Shown here: piece after piece, positions 1 through 11,370 of the stretch | Numbering within the stretch: the stretch's first letter is position 1 | How the letters are laid out: each line of letters starts with the position of its first letter | Source of the DNA: Octopus sinensis | Taxonomy: Eukaryota | Reading direction: 5' to 3' | DNA: 64,000 nucleotides | NCBI RefSeq assembly: GCF_006345805.1 | Contig: NC_043013.1 | Span: 27,156,001 to 27,220,000, forward strand | Notes under the pieces: model-generated | Seen by the model: the letters and a program-made list of their open reading frames with translations, nothing else | What the model was told of the DNA's origin: nothing | Database searches by the model: none | Position numbers and translations under genes: made by a program

Positions 1-1564
1 AGAAGAAATTAAATAAAATAATAGTGTATATTATTTTATATTGCGATCATTCATATTTATTTTAATTCTTCCATCTTTTCTTTTCCTGAATTTCTCATTT
101 CTCTCATATGTCTGCATTTATTAAACAACGTGTATCTCTTGAAATAATCGATGTATCGGATGTCACCTGATCTCTAACATACATATTTGATATATTTTTA
201 ACATTATTTCTAGGGAGTTTAATTTCATATTTATTCTTCTCTTTTTCTTCATATATTGGAATAAATTGTAATCTGACCAGTTGTGGAAAATATAGAAAAG
301 ATACACAAATTCCATATACACTAAAAGGATGTGTGAGTGTATAAAGGTTTGTGTGTTGGATAGGTGTGTCAAAATATGTATTCTGATTATGTGTATTGTG
401 TGTCTGTGGATGGTCCTTTTGAAACATCACATATTTCCTCAGTCTTTTACAGCAGTGACTGTTGTGCTGCCATCTCTTTTCCTACCACTTTCACTTTTTA
501 TCAATATCTATAAATCTTATACATAAATACATACATATATATAAGATATATACACACACACACACACTTCCTGGTCTATGCACACACATCATATACACAC
601 ATATATATATTATTCAGCTTTGTCTTTTTCACTGCTCCTTTCAAGATGCTCAGAATTGTAGCACATAGAACTGTGCTGTTCTTAGCTGATTAATATGAAT
701 AAATTTATTTGTACATGTATGCAAGTGTGTGTGTGTGTGTGTGTTTCGAGTTGTGGAATCAATGTAAATTCTCTAAGTAGTAAACTCTTAAATATCTCTA
801 TTTAGAATATGAATTCCCCTTTGTTTAAATTAACCATATTCATTATTCTCTGTACATACTAGTATGCATGTGTATATATACATGCCTATATCTGTATGCG
901 AACATGTTAGTGTATGTGTATATGATATAACATATATAGATATATATGTGTGTGTATGTAAGTATGTATATACATACATACATACATACACTCACGCATA
1001 CATAATTTGAAACGTCAAATGCAGTGGTTGTTTTGATAAATTTTGTAATTTTGGTTCTCCATTTGTTTCTACAAATTATATTTTAATTTGAATAAGTAAG
1101 TTAATTGCTATGCTTTGCATTTAGAGCTTGCTGGACACTTTTCTCACGGCATCTCATCATACTTTCCGATTTTTCTCCTTTTTACTGAACAGATTCCAAA
1201 TTCATGCGATTGTATTTAATTATTTAATTCGGTATATCTAATTAATTAATTGAATTTACTCAGAAAAGCAAAAAAAAAATAAAGAAAGAAAAATTACTGG
1301 AAATTATAAAGAAAACATTTTTCTTAAATAATAAACTGTACTTATCAATGATGCCATGGTAGTGAAATAAAATCCACCCTACCCCCATAGAACGCTGGTC
1401 AGTTTCAGGTAGATCCCACTGCCACCTTTGACACTCTAAGAAGGATTGAATGCTTGTTTGTTATAAGACCTCACTAGAACACTTGGGAATTTTACAATGC
1501 TGCCACTTAAGGTTTTCTAGCAGCTTGAGAAACCTTTACATGGTATTAATAATAATAATAATAA

Positions 1565-2010
1565 TTTCCAATTTTGGCACAAGGCCAGTAATTTTGGGGG
1601 AGGAAGATAAGTTAATTACATTGACTCCCAGGGCTCAACTGGTACTTATTTTATCGGCCCTGGAAGGATGAAAGGCAAAGCTAATGTCAGCAGAGTTTGA
1701 ACTCAGAACACGAAGATAGAGGAAATTATGCAAGACATTTTACCTGGTATGCCATCTCACTGGCTTAATAAGAATAAAAATAATAATAATAATAATAATA
1801 ATCATTTCTTCTAAAGGCACAAGGCCTGAAATTTTTGGGGGAGGGGACTAGTTGATTACATCGACCCCACTCGTACTTAATTTATCAATGCCAAAAAGAT
1901 TAAAGGCTAAGTCAACCTTGGCAGAATTTGAACTCAGAATGTAGCAACAGGTGAAATATCGCTAAGCGTTTCATCCAGCACACTAACGATTCTGCCAGCT
2001 CGCCGCCTTA
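1565..2010 (-). mobile_element. Two tandem SINE-B copies (tRNA-like head, CORE-like gcctttcatcctttcggggtcgat block)
   Basis: Copies at 1565-1770 and 1805-2010; second has intact head ctgccagctcgccgcc. Confidence 0.75.
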
Positions 2011-2749
2011 ATAATGATAATGATGAACTTATTGTATACTGTGCTCAGGTGCACTGTACCTTATCAGAAAAAATAGTCTTTCTAACTGCTCGAAAAAACT
2101 GCCAAAGCTTTCTCAAATTAAATTACATTATTTTTTTTTTATAAAAAAAAATTCATATTAATGCTTGGCTGTGTCGTTAAGAAGCTCATTTCGCAATCCC
2201 ACCGTGCGATACCTTGGACAAGCATCTCTTATAGTAGTCATGGGCTAAAACCAAATTCTTGTGAGAGGATTTGGTTAGCAGAAACTTAAAGAAGCCTGTT
2301 ATTTGTGTGTATGTGTGTGTGTGTGTGAGAGAGAGAGAGATAACGGAGAGTATGTTTGTGTCTCCTTGTCTTAATATCACACGATTATTGCAAATGGATG
2401 TCATTTATTTCTGATATTCTGTGGAAACTTATCTGGCCTTCATCTACAAATAATTAACGCTAGTAATAAAGTTCTTCATTGTTTCATTTGCCATCAATGT
2501 GTTTCATGCTAGCTTGGGTTCAGATAGAGATTTATTGGAGACAGTAATGTAGATAGGTACGCTTCCTGTCACCAACCCTTGCTTTTCAAGTAAATTATAT
2601 CTTTGTTCCACAGATCTTCAAAAGCATAGAGCAACTGGTTTTACTTTCGACAAGGAGTGTCCATATCAGCACAACTTCATCCAAGCAGTGATGAGCATGA
2701 TATATATATATATATAATATATATATATATATATACATATACACATATT

Positions 2750-3086
2750 CTTTTATTTGTTTCAGTCATATGACTGCAGCCATGCAGGAGCACCGCCTTT
2801 AGTCAAACAGATCGACACCAGGACATATTCTTTGTAAGCCTAGTACTTACTTTGTCGGTCTCTTTTGCTGAATCGGTTGTCAAGCAATGGTGGGGGAACA
2901 AACACAGGCACACAAAATACACACACACACGACGAGCCTCCTTCTGCTTCTGTCCACCAAATCCACTCACAAAGCTTTGGTCAGCCTGAGGCTATAGTAA
3001 AAGACACTTGCCCAAGGTGCCCCACAGTGGGACTGAATCCAGATCCATGTGGTTGGGAAGCAAGCTTCTTACCACACACTCACTCT
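2750..3086 (-). mobile_element. SINE-A (tRNA-derived head gtggctgtgtggtaagaagcttgc..ggttcagtccc)
   Basis: Full-length match to the family seen at 33198 and 42244. Confidence 0.8.
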
Positions 3087-3679
3087 TGCACTTATACAGC
3101 CACTCCTGTGCATATATATATATATATAAAAACATTGACACACTCACAGATATCCATATACAACAGGCTGCTTGCAGTATTTGTCTACCAAGTTTCCTTA
3201 TATGGTATTGGTCAGCTATAGTACAAGGCACTTATCCAAAGTCCTGCATACTGACATTGAACTTGAAACCATATGATTGCAAAGCCTACTTCTCAACCAC
3301 TACTTATGCCTGTTCCTAAAATATGTAATATATAACAAATTCACTTTCAAGATTATTTCAAATATGATGTTTAGACATAATATCTATGGAACAGTGTTCT
3401 TTATCAATCTCAAATTTGTGTTTACATAGTTATAAAGACGTGTTATCCATGTGTGTGTTAATTGTGTGTATGTTTATATGAATGTGTGTGTTTGTGCTTG
3501 CATGCATATTTGTGTACAAAACTGGAGGTTTTAATCCAGATCTTACATGAAACAGTGTTCAAGAATGCCCTCATCATCATCACCATCATCATTGTTGCTG
3601 TCGCTTAACATCTGTGTGTGTTCATATTCAGAAATTCCAAATATAGAAGCAAAGCCTAAAATTAAGCAAAGGCAAAAGT

Positions 3680-4050
3680 TTTAGTTCCATCCATTTTTGC
3701 TGCCAACTATTCCTGAGAGGGTCTTAGAGGTAGGTTCCTCAGGCACATCCTTCATAGGATCCTATCAGAAGAAACTGTCCTCACACATACTTTCTGGCTG
3801 GATTCCCAAGCCTCACCAACTGAGACAATGGATATTATCCAACTATCTCACTATTGGTCTGCCAGTTGGTTTCACTTGGAGAATCTGTCTTGCAATCCTT
3901 TCTTGCAACATTCCAATTATATTTCCATTGTACCAGAACTGTGATCTCTCTATGCAAAGAAGTAACAGTTCCACCTGGAGAGACTCCTTGATCTCAATAG
4001 TTGTGCTCCCTATTGATTAACATTACTCAGGAGACCCTTTGGATCTCTGG
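3680..4050 (-). mobile_element. Decayed RTE-clade (Expander/Rex3-like) LINE 3' end
   Basis: Minus-strand translation IKESLQVELLLLCIERSQF..ERIARQILQVKPTGRP resembles RTE RT C-terminus. Confidence 0.6.
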
Positions 4051-4064
4051 GAGGAGCAAGAATG

Positions 4065-4350
4065 CACCACTGCATGTGTGATGCCAGCATCCAGGGATGA
4101 CAGAATAGAAATGAGCTGAGTGTGGGAAACTGGATGTAAGAGGAATCACATGTAGCATACAAAGGAGAAGAAATGTGATGGATATCGAATATATGACGTT
4201 TGGGTTAAGAAATGCCAAATAATAGTGATGCAGGTGGAAAAGTAAGACAAAATAAAATAACAAGATTGATCTCAAGAGGCTGAACCTCACAAAGTATATG
4301 ACAAAAGACTGCAACAAATGGGAACATACATTGCTAAATAGACATATGCA
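4065..4350 (+). mobile_element. Decayed RTE LINE C-terminal fragment
   Basis: ARMHHCMCDAS.. and LKRLNLTKYMTKDCNKWEHTL, homologous to the better-preserved copy at 5600. Confidence 0.55.
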
Positions 4351-4367
4351 ACCCATGGAAAGGGAAA

Positions 4368-4570
4368 CAGGCAGAATCGTTAGCAGACCACACAAAATGC
4401 TCAGCAACACTTTGTCTGTCTCACTTTCTGAGTTCAAATTCCACTGATGTTGACTTTGCCTTCCATCCTTTCAGGGTTGATAAAATAAATACCAGTTAAG
4501 CACTGGGGTTGATGTTATTGATTTACTCCCTCCCTCAAAATTTCATACTTGTCCCTATGGTAGAAAGGAT
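4368..4570 (+). mobile_element. SINE-B
   Basis: ctgagttcaaattcc B-box and family core. Confidence 0.75.
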
Positions 4571-4584
4571 TATCATCATTATTG

Positions 4585-4812
4585 TCATCTCTTTATCACA
4601 GGTTTTGTTGGAACTCCTGGAGTCATGCATACATAGCAGGCTTGCTACCTGCAGCCTTACAGCACCATGCTACCCATTCTTTTCAACTGTCTAATACTTT
4701 CCTGATTATTCTGGCCATGCCAAGGAGACAAACCTTTTCTAACAGTTCTACCTGGACACTCTATTCCAATTTCCTTGATATTCCTCTTGATGCCGTATTA
4801 TTATCATTTATG
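4585..4812 (-). mobile_element. R4/Dong-like (RLE-type) LINE 3' end
   Basis: Minus strand VQVELLEKVCLLGMARIIRKVLDS* followed by a short 3' UTR and AAT/GAT tail. Confidence 0.6.
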
Positions 4813-5250
4813 GCAAGCTAGAAGAATCGTTAACACTGGATGAAATGCTTAGCAGTATTTCACCCGTCGCTACAGTTTTTGAGTTCAAATTCCACCAAGG
4901 TCAACTTTACCTTTCATCCTTTTGGGGGTCGATAAAATAAGTTCCAGTGAAATACTGGGGTCAATGTAATTGACACATCCCCACCTCTCCCAAGCTGCCT
5001 TTGTGGTAAAAATTTGAAATTATTATTATTATTAAGGTAGCAAACTAGCAGAATTCTTAGCATGCTTGACAAAAGGTTTAGCGGCATTTCATCCATTTTT
5101 ACGTTCTGCGTCCAAATTCCACTGAGATCAACTTTGCCTTTCATCCTTTCTCTGTCAATAAAATACGTATCAGTTGAACACTGGGGTTGATGTAACTGAC
5201 TTAACCCCCTCCTCCGAGCTTGCTGGCCTTGTGCCAAAATTTGAAACTAT
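4812..5250 (+). mobile_element. Two tandem SINE-B copies
   Basis: 4812-5020 and 5035-5250, ending ~80 nt before the 5333 acceptor. Confidence 0.75.
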
Positions 5251-5345
5251 TTTTATCATTATTTTTCCATTCATTTCTTTATTTCAATGCAAATCCCAAT
5301 TTTTTATATTTTATTTTCTTTCTCTCTTTCAGAAACTTATAATCC

Positions 5346-5409
5346 ATGATGGATCCTAGTGACCATACCTCCCCAAGTCACAATTTCTTTGATCCTGCCA
5401 GTATTTTAA
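5346..5409 (+). CDS. Putative first coding exon (exon 5333-5409) of a large-intron gene; MMDPSDHTSPSHNFFDPASIL, phase-1 donor
   Basis: Long pyrimidine tract ending ctctctttcAG at 5332; GTAAGT donor at 5410; in-frame TAA at 5340 just before ATGATGG (second ATG has A at -3, G at +4); phase 1 matches the 45334 exon (A+GT = Ser). Confidence 0.6.
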
Positions 5410-5599
5410 GTAAGTTCTCTTTATATATACATTTATAATTAATTAATTACATGTGTGCATATTTTATTTATTTTATTTTATTTTATATATATATATTATT
5501 TTTATGTAAATTTTTGGTTTCAATGGTCTTATTTTCTTAGAATGAATCAGGTTTCAGTTTAGTGGGAAATGTGTTTTTACATAAAATTTTCTTCCTGGC

Positions 5600-6392
5600 G
5601 AGAATGGATGAAGATAGTTGTGTGAAAAAGTGCCACACCCTAGCGGTTGAGGGAACCTGTGGAAGAGGCAGACCCAGGAAAACCTGGGACGAGGTGGTGA
5701 AGCACGACCTTCGAACTTTAGGTCTCACTGAGGAAATGACTAGAGACCGAGACCTCTGGAAGTGTGCTGTGCGCGAGAAGACCCGGCAGGACAAGTGAGT
5801 CCACAACCCGTGGCCTTCTACATGGGATGGAGCCAGCCTACGTATGCATACCTTCCCTTCTTGGGACACAAAACTCTACTTGTGAAGACGTGTTGAGGCA
5901 AGTGAGGATCAGAATCGAAATCGATCAATGGAAATTGCGGATGTGCTACCAGTGCCGGTGGCATGTCGAAACTCTGCTTGTGAAGACCCATTGAGGCAAG
6001 TGAGGATCAGAATCGAAATCGATCAATGGAAATTGCAGATGTGTTACCAGTGCCGGTGGCATGTAAGAGAACTTTCCGTTTCGCGACCGTTGCCAGCACT
6101 GCCCCGTTTCGTGTCCGTTGCCAGCCTCGCCTGGCCCTCGTGCCGGTGGCACATAAAAATCACCATCCATTCATGGCCGTTTGCCAGCTCTGTCTGGCAC
6201 CAGTGCGGGTGGCACGTAAAAAGCACCCACTACACTCACGGAGTGGTTGGCGTTAGGAAGGGCATCCAGCCGTAGAAACACTGCCAGATTTGACTGGGCC
6301 TGATGAAGCCTTCTGGCTTCACAGACCCCAGTAGAACCGTCCAACCCATGCTAGCATGGAAAACGGACGCTAAATGATGATGATGATGATGA
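5600..6392 (+). mobile_element. RTE LINE 3' end: ORF C-terminus, 3' UTR and (TGA)n tail
   Basis: RMDEDSCVKKCHTLAVEGTCGRGRPRKTWDEVVKHDLRTLGLTEEMTRDRDLWKCAV; UTR aaaagcaccca..acccatgctagcatggaaaacggacgctaaa-(tga)n, found in many other copies here. Confidence 0.85.
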
Positions 6393-7019
6393 TTTTTACA
6401 GTTCAAAAGTGGTTTAAATTGGTTTGTCATGTGAAAGAGGAAAAACTTAATGCTTTAAACAGTGCCCTTCATCATTGTTGTTGGTGGTGGTGGTAGTGTA
6501 GTTAGCAACAATGGTAATTAGTCCCACTTCAGTGCTGATCAAGTGGACCTATGATCAAAGGCATTCCAACTCTGACCATCCCATCTTTTTCCTACGTGTA
6601 GCAAACTCTAACTCAGAGCCGGTTTTACCCAATATTTCCTTTCCCAAGACAGTAACATGTGATTGAAAGGTATTTAGCTGCTATTTCCAGCAGGTCAGAA
6701 AACCTGGAGCAGTCATGGTCAAACTGCAGCCTGCATGGCTTTCTGAATGGCCACACCTTTGTTAGAAATTACCTTGAATTGTTTTAGTAGTGCATCCCAC
6801 CTAATGACGAGCTGTGTTTTATGTGGCCCACTTCTTGCAAAAAGTTGCACATGCATGAGGCAGAGGATCCCTCATTCATTTGTCAAAGTGGATTGTGTTC
6901 TCCTAAAGCTCCTCCTCCCATCTTCTTGTAATATCTCCATATTCCTACCTAAAATTGATATATTAAAACTGCTTAAGGTGACAAACTGGTGTAACCATTA
7001 GCATGCCAAACAAAATTCT

Positions 7020-7190
7020 TAACAGTATTTTGTCTATCTTTATGGTCTTAGTTCGAATTCCACCAAGGTCAGCTTGGCCTTCCATCCTTTCAGGATCGAT
7101 GAAATAAGTACCATTTGAACACTGGGGTTAATGTAAAAGACTTACTCCCTCCCCCAGACTTGCTGGCCTTGTGCCAAAATTTGAAACCAA
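7020..7190 (+). mobile_element. SINE-B
   Basis: agttcgaattccaccaaggtc..gctggccttgtgccaaaatttgaaacc. Confidence 0.75.
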
Positions 7191-7563
7191 CATAATAAAA
7201 CTGCTTTTCAACCAACGCAGATTAACTAAGATTAGCTAATGTTGTCTGCAAATTTAGGAGCAAGAGATAATTAAGTTCTGACGGGTTTTTGTAGTTGTTA
7301 AACAACAATGAAACTGTTCAATTCAAGCTTCATCCCAAGCTGCAGAAAAAATCCCCTTGTGGGACGAATTTCACAGCAAGACTAAATACATATGAATCCA
7401 TATTTATTTTTATTAATTTATTACCAAGTTGGGTGCAGCTGTGACTGTATATTTTCTCTGGTTCAGCCCCACTGAATGCTATTTGGATTTTCTACAATGG
7501 CACTGGGCTGACCAAAGCCATGTGAGTTGATATGGCAGATGAAAACTGAAAGAAATCTTTTTT

Positions 7564-7968
7564 TACATTATTTACGTTTGATGGATATTTGTCCTCATCT
7601 TGTTTGTTGTTAACACAACATTTTGGCTGATATACCCCCACCCCAGCCTTCATTAGGTGTCTTGGGGGAATTTCGAACCTGAGTCCTCATTCCTAAGGTA
7701 TTTTTCGATGTTGTTGTTATTGTTCAGGTCACTGCTTGGAATTGAACTCAGAATCTTGCGGTTAGTAGTCCATGCTCTTAACAACAACAACAATAATAAC
7801 AATATCGAAAAATACCTTAGCTATGAAAACCCAGGTCCGAAATTTCCCTAAAACACCCGATGAAGGCTGGAGGGTAGATCAGCCAAAGTGTTGTGTTAAC
7901 AACAAACAAGATGAGGACAAATATCCATCGAATGTAAATAATGTACATAATTCCTCATGTCTTAAATA
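7564..7968. mobile_element. Inverted pair of a tRNA-headed element with Penelope-like terminal (degenerate hammerhead) segment
   Basis: 7564-7724 and 7780-7945 are diverged reverse complements; minus copy continues into a gagttcaattcc B-box head; both carry gatga/aatga-aggctg..cagcc-aaa. Confidence 0.5.
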
Positions 7969-8025
7969 TAGAATTGAAAGAAATCTGTTGTGTGTATGTG
8001 CACATGCATGCAGATGTGGCTGTGT

Positions 8026-8121
8026 GGTAAGAAGCTTGCTTCCCAACCACATGGTACTGGGTTCTGTCTCACTGCCTGGCACCTTCAGTTTTGGGAGACA
8101 AAAACTGAAAGAAGCCCATCA

Positions 8122-8156
<35 letters not shown>

Positions 8157-8415
8157 GCCAGCATGGACAACAAATGTTAAATGACGATGATGATGAGTGA
8201 TTTTGTATCTGGATTTGTCATCCATCACCACTTTGACAACTTAGTGTTGGTGTGTTTACATCCCCATAACGTAGCAGTTCAGCTAAAGAAACTGATAAAA
8301 TAAGTACTCAGCTTTAAAAAAAAGTAAGTACTGGGGTCGATTCATTCGACCAAAAATTCTTCAGGGCAGTGCCCCAGCATGGCCACGGTCTTATGACTGG
8401 ATCAAATAAAAAAAG
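8026..8415 (+). mobile_element. SINE-A
   Basis: Head gtggctgtgtggtaagaagcttgc at 8026; tail gactggatcaaataaaa. Confidence 0.7.
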
Positions 8416-9144
8416 AACGTATGTGTGTCTGTGTGTGTGTAAAGGAGCAAAGATCTATCCTGGAGCATAGACTTAAAAGATCAGTTTCCTGAATTCTATG
8501 GTCTGTAAATCCCCCCTCCCCTCCATCAAACCAGACAAGATGCCAGTCCATTGCAGGCTGACTTATTTTTGCCCGCTGAGTGGACTACAGCAATGTGAAA
8601 TGAAGTGTTTTGCTCAAGAACACAACTCAGTCTGGAAATGGAAACCATAATCTTATAATCATGAGTGCAAACTCCCTAACCATTAACCCACATTACTCCA
8701 TACACACACACACACACAAACATTCATGGTGGTGGTGGTGGTGATGGTGGTGGAAGAAAATACTCAGACAGTCGAGTAAGAATCTTAGTGCAAAGCACAA
8801 TAACATTCTAAAATATGTTGTTAGTTTGTGACATCAAACTCTGATTTGTTTCTCTTTCAGCTTCTCTTTCATATCTGTCTCTCCAACACTTCCCCCTTCC
8901 TCTCACACACTGTCTTTCTCACTTATCTCTCCCAGACAACGTGCGCATGTGTGCGTGTGTGTAGATATATATTTGTCATGTGCCTGCTCAGCTGAATATT
9001 GATTAGTTATTGCTTATTCAAAACAACAATCTTTTTTTCTTTTTTAAGTTTGTGCACATTGAAACAGTTATAAACATTGGCGACAGAAAGGTTTACCAAA
9101 AATAATATTCTAATGTTCAAGTGTAGATATATATATATATATGT

Positions 9145-9324
9145 TCTTTTATTTGTTTTAGTCATTTGACTGCGGTCGAGCACCGCATTTCGACGGACAA
9201 ATCGCCCCCAGGACTTATTCTTTGTAAACCTAGTACTTATTCTATCGGTTTCTTTTGCCAAACCGCTAAGTTACAAGGGCATAAACACACCAATATTGGT
9301 TGTCAAGTGACGATGGGTTATAAA

Positions 9325-9365
<41 letters not shown>

Positions 9366-9500
9366 CACAATGGGCTTCTTTCAGCTTCTGTCTACTAAAT
9401 CCACTCACAAGGCTTTGGTCAGCCCGAGGCTACAGTAGAAGAATTTTGCCCATGGTACAACGCCGAAGGACTGAACCCAGAACCATGCACTCCTGTGCCT
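9145..9500 (-). mobile_element. SINE-A
   Basis: Family body and head on the minus strand. Confidence 0.75.
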
Positions 9501-9533
9501 ATATATATATATATTTACATACATATATACATA

Positions 9534-9750
9534 TAACGGCGGGCTGAAAAGTTCCTGTCTCTAAGGGTATAGTGAAAGGCCTGGTTAGAGGCTCAACCTC
9601 CCAAGTTCTTCTACAGGGCTGAGAAAAAGCTGAAGGACCACTGCAATGAGTGTGTGAATCTAATGCATGGAAGGGGAATATGTGGAGTAAAATCATAACT
9701 GGTCCTCCTGTATTTTCTGTTACCCAAAGCCAGGATCTTTCCCTCATATA
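9534..9750 (+). mobile_element. Mariner-derived MITE
   Basis: Imperfect terminal inverted repeats (gaaaagttcctg / caggatctttc) and a transposase C-terminal remnant FFYRAEKKLKDHCNECVNL..GEYVE*. Confidence 0.65.
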
Positions 9751-9766
9751 TACATATACATACATG

Positions 9767-10100
9767 GGTGTGGCTGTGTGGTAAGAAGCTTGCTTCCCAA
9801 CTACATGGTCCTGGGTTCAGTCCCACTATAGGGCATCTTGGATAGGTGGCTTCTATTATAGCCCCAGGCTGACCAAAGCCTTGTGAGTGGATTTGGTTAA
9901 CAGAAACTGAAAGAAGCCCATCATACATGTGTTTGTGTTTGTTTGTCCCCCACCACTGCTTGGCAACCAGTCTTGGTTTGTTTATGTTCCCATAACTTAG
10001 TGGTTCAGCAAAAAGAGACCATTAGAATAAGTACTGGGGTTGATTTGTTTGACTAAGCCCTTTAAGGTGATGACCCTGCATGGCCAACTTTAAGAAGTGA
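9767..10100 (+). mobile_element. SINE-A
   Basis: A-box-like tggctgtgtgg and B-box-like gggttcagtccc head, full body. Confidence 0.8.
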
Positions 10101-10329
10101 AAGATAAAGGATTAAGTATAAAAAACAACCCAAAGTCAGTAAAAAAATATTGTGGTTTAGCCGAGAGTAAGAAGGGAAGAAAGGGGAAACTGAGAGATTT
10201 ATAAGGACAAAAATATAACAGGATGAGGAGAAAGCTAGAGATAGATAGATAGATGACATTATAATTGTGTTTTGGTATACAGTGACAGGAAGGAAGAAAA
10301 TGTACAACAATAAACTTGACTTAAAACAG

Positions 10330-10680
10330 CTGAGAGCAAAACAGAAGAACTGGATGGTGAAAGAATTTCTTTATGAAGAAGGAATGCAAAACATTAGACA
10401 GACATCATTATCATCCAGTTGTGCTTATTGCATGGATTGCTGTGACTCATTCTCTTCTGTCTGTTTGGTCTGCCATTACATGTGGTAGATCTTCTCAGGT
10501 GCACTCAGAGTCCTTGCACAATTGTTTTATGTAGGTTCAGTGTGATCTGTGAACATTTGCATAACCATGCTTTGGTCCCCACAGAAGAATGTCGCTGATG
10601 ATTTTGTCCTTTGCTCTCCAACAATGTCCAATGAATCCTGTTCTTTGATGACATGGGATAATGGTGATAAATTACCATAG
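10330..10680 (-). mobile_element. Decayed RTE/RTEX-like LINE 3' end
   Basis: Minus strand WRAKDKIISDILLWGPKHG..TYIKQLCKD..EDLPHVMADQ resembles the LLWxPxHG..TYIDQL..MxDR C-terminus. Confidence 0.55.
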
Positions 10681-10924
10681 AGAAGTTCTTTCTAGTAGTG
10701 TTCTATGAAAAGACCCTACTAGAGACACACTATATATTTTTTATTCATGTGTTACATATTAATTTAGAATTTACTAGAAAATTGACAAAGTAAAAAAAAA
10801 TGTAGGTTATTTTAGTCCCAAAATTAAAATGAACAATTAACACAGCCTCCTCCAAAGCTCTTCACATCATAAAAACCTGGAAATATTTCAACTTTAGAGA
10901 ATATGCATTAAGATAAAAATATAT

Positions 10925-11073
10925 TATTTCTTTACTACCCACAAGGGCTAAACACAGAGGGGACAAACAAGGTCAGACAAACGGATTAAGTTGATTATAT
11001 CGACCCCAGTGCGTAACTGGTACTTAATTTATTGACCCCGAAAGGATGAAAGGCAAAGTCGACCTCGGTGGAA
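10925..11073 (-). mobile_element. SINE-B body lacking its normal head
   Basis: aaaggatgaaaggcaaagtcgacctcggtggaa then tRNA-Asp half instead of tttgaactcag. Confidence 0.8.
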
Positions 11074-11084
11074 GGTTAAGATGC

Positions 11085-11118
11085 CTCCCCGGCGGGGAAT
11101 CAAACCCCGGTCTCCCGC
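11085..11118 (-). pseudogene. 3' half of tRNA-Asp(GTC) (anticodon 3' strand, T arm, acceptor 3' strand)
   Basis: ctccccggcggggaatcaaaccccggtctcccgc is the reverse complement of the conserved eukaryotic tRNA-Asp 3' half (from memory) with 2 mismatches in 34 nt; 5' half absent. Confidence 0.8.
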
Positions 11119-11149
11119 ACCTCTCTCAATATTATTTCCACCTCCTCGG

Positions 11150-11370
11150 TTGAGAGGTCTTGCCTCACAAGGTGACCTCACTGGTGCTGGTGCCGTGTAA
11201 AAAGCACCCAGTACACTCTGTAAAGTGATTGGTGTTAGGAAAGGTGTTCAGTCACAGAAACCATGCCAAATCAGACAGTTAGGTTTGGCACAGTCCTCTG
11301 GCTTGCTAACTCCTATCGGATCATCCAATCCATGCAAGCATGGAAAATGGATGTTAAAGGATGGCAACAA
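11150..11370 (+). mobile_element. RTE-type 3' UTR/tail fragment
   Basis: aaaagcacccagtacactctg..ccatgcaagcatggaaaatggatgttaa matches the 6220-6390 tail. Confidence 0.7.

Noticed and set aside
2865-3319. ORFs such as HQIHSQSFGQPEAIVKDTCPRC and MPKVPHSGTE recurring across the window
   Set aside because: They are translations of SINE-A copies, not a gene family.
11085-11102. tRNA-Asp complement as an LTR primer-binding site
   Set aside because: The match is 34 nt rather than ~18, and no LTR or TG..CA structure is adjacent.
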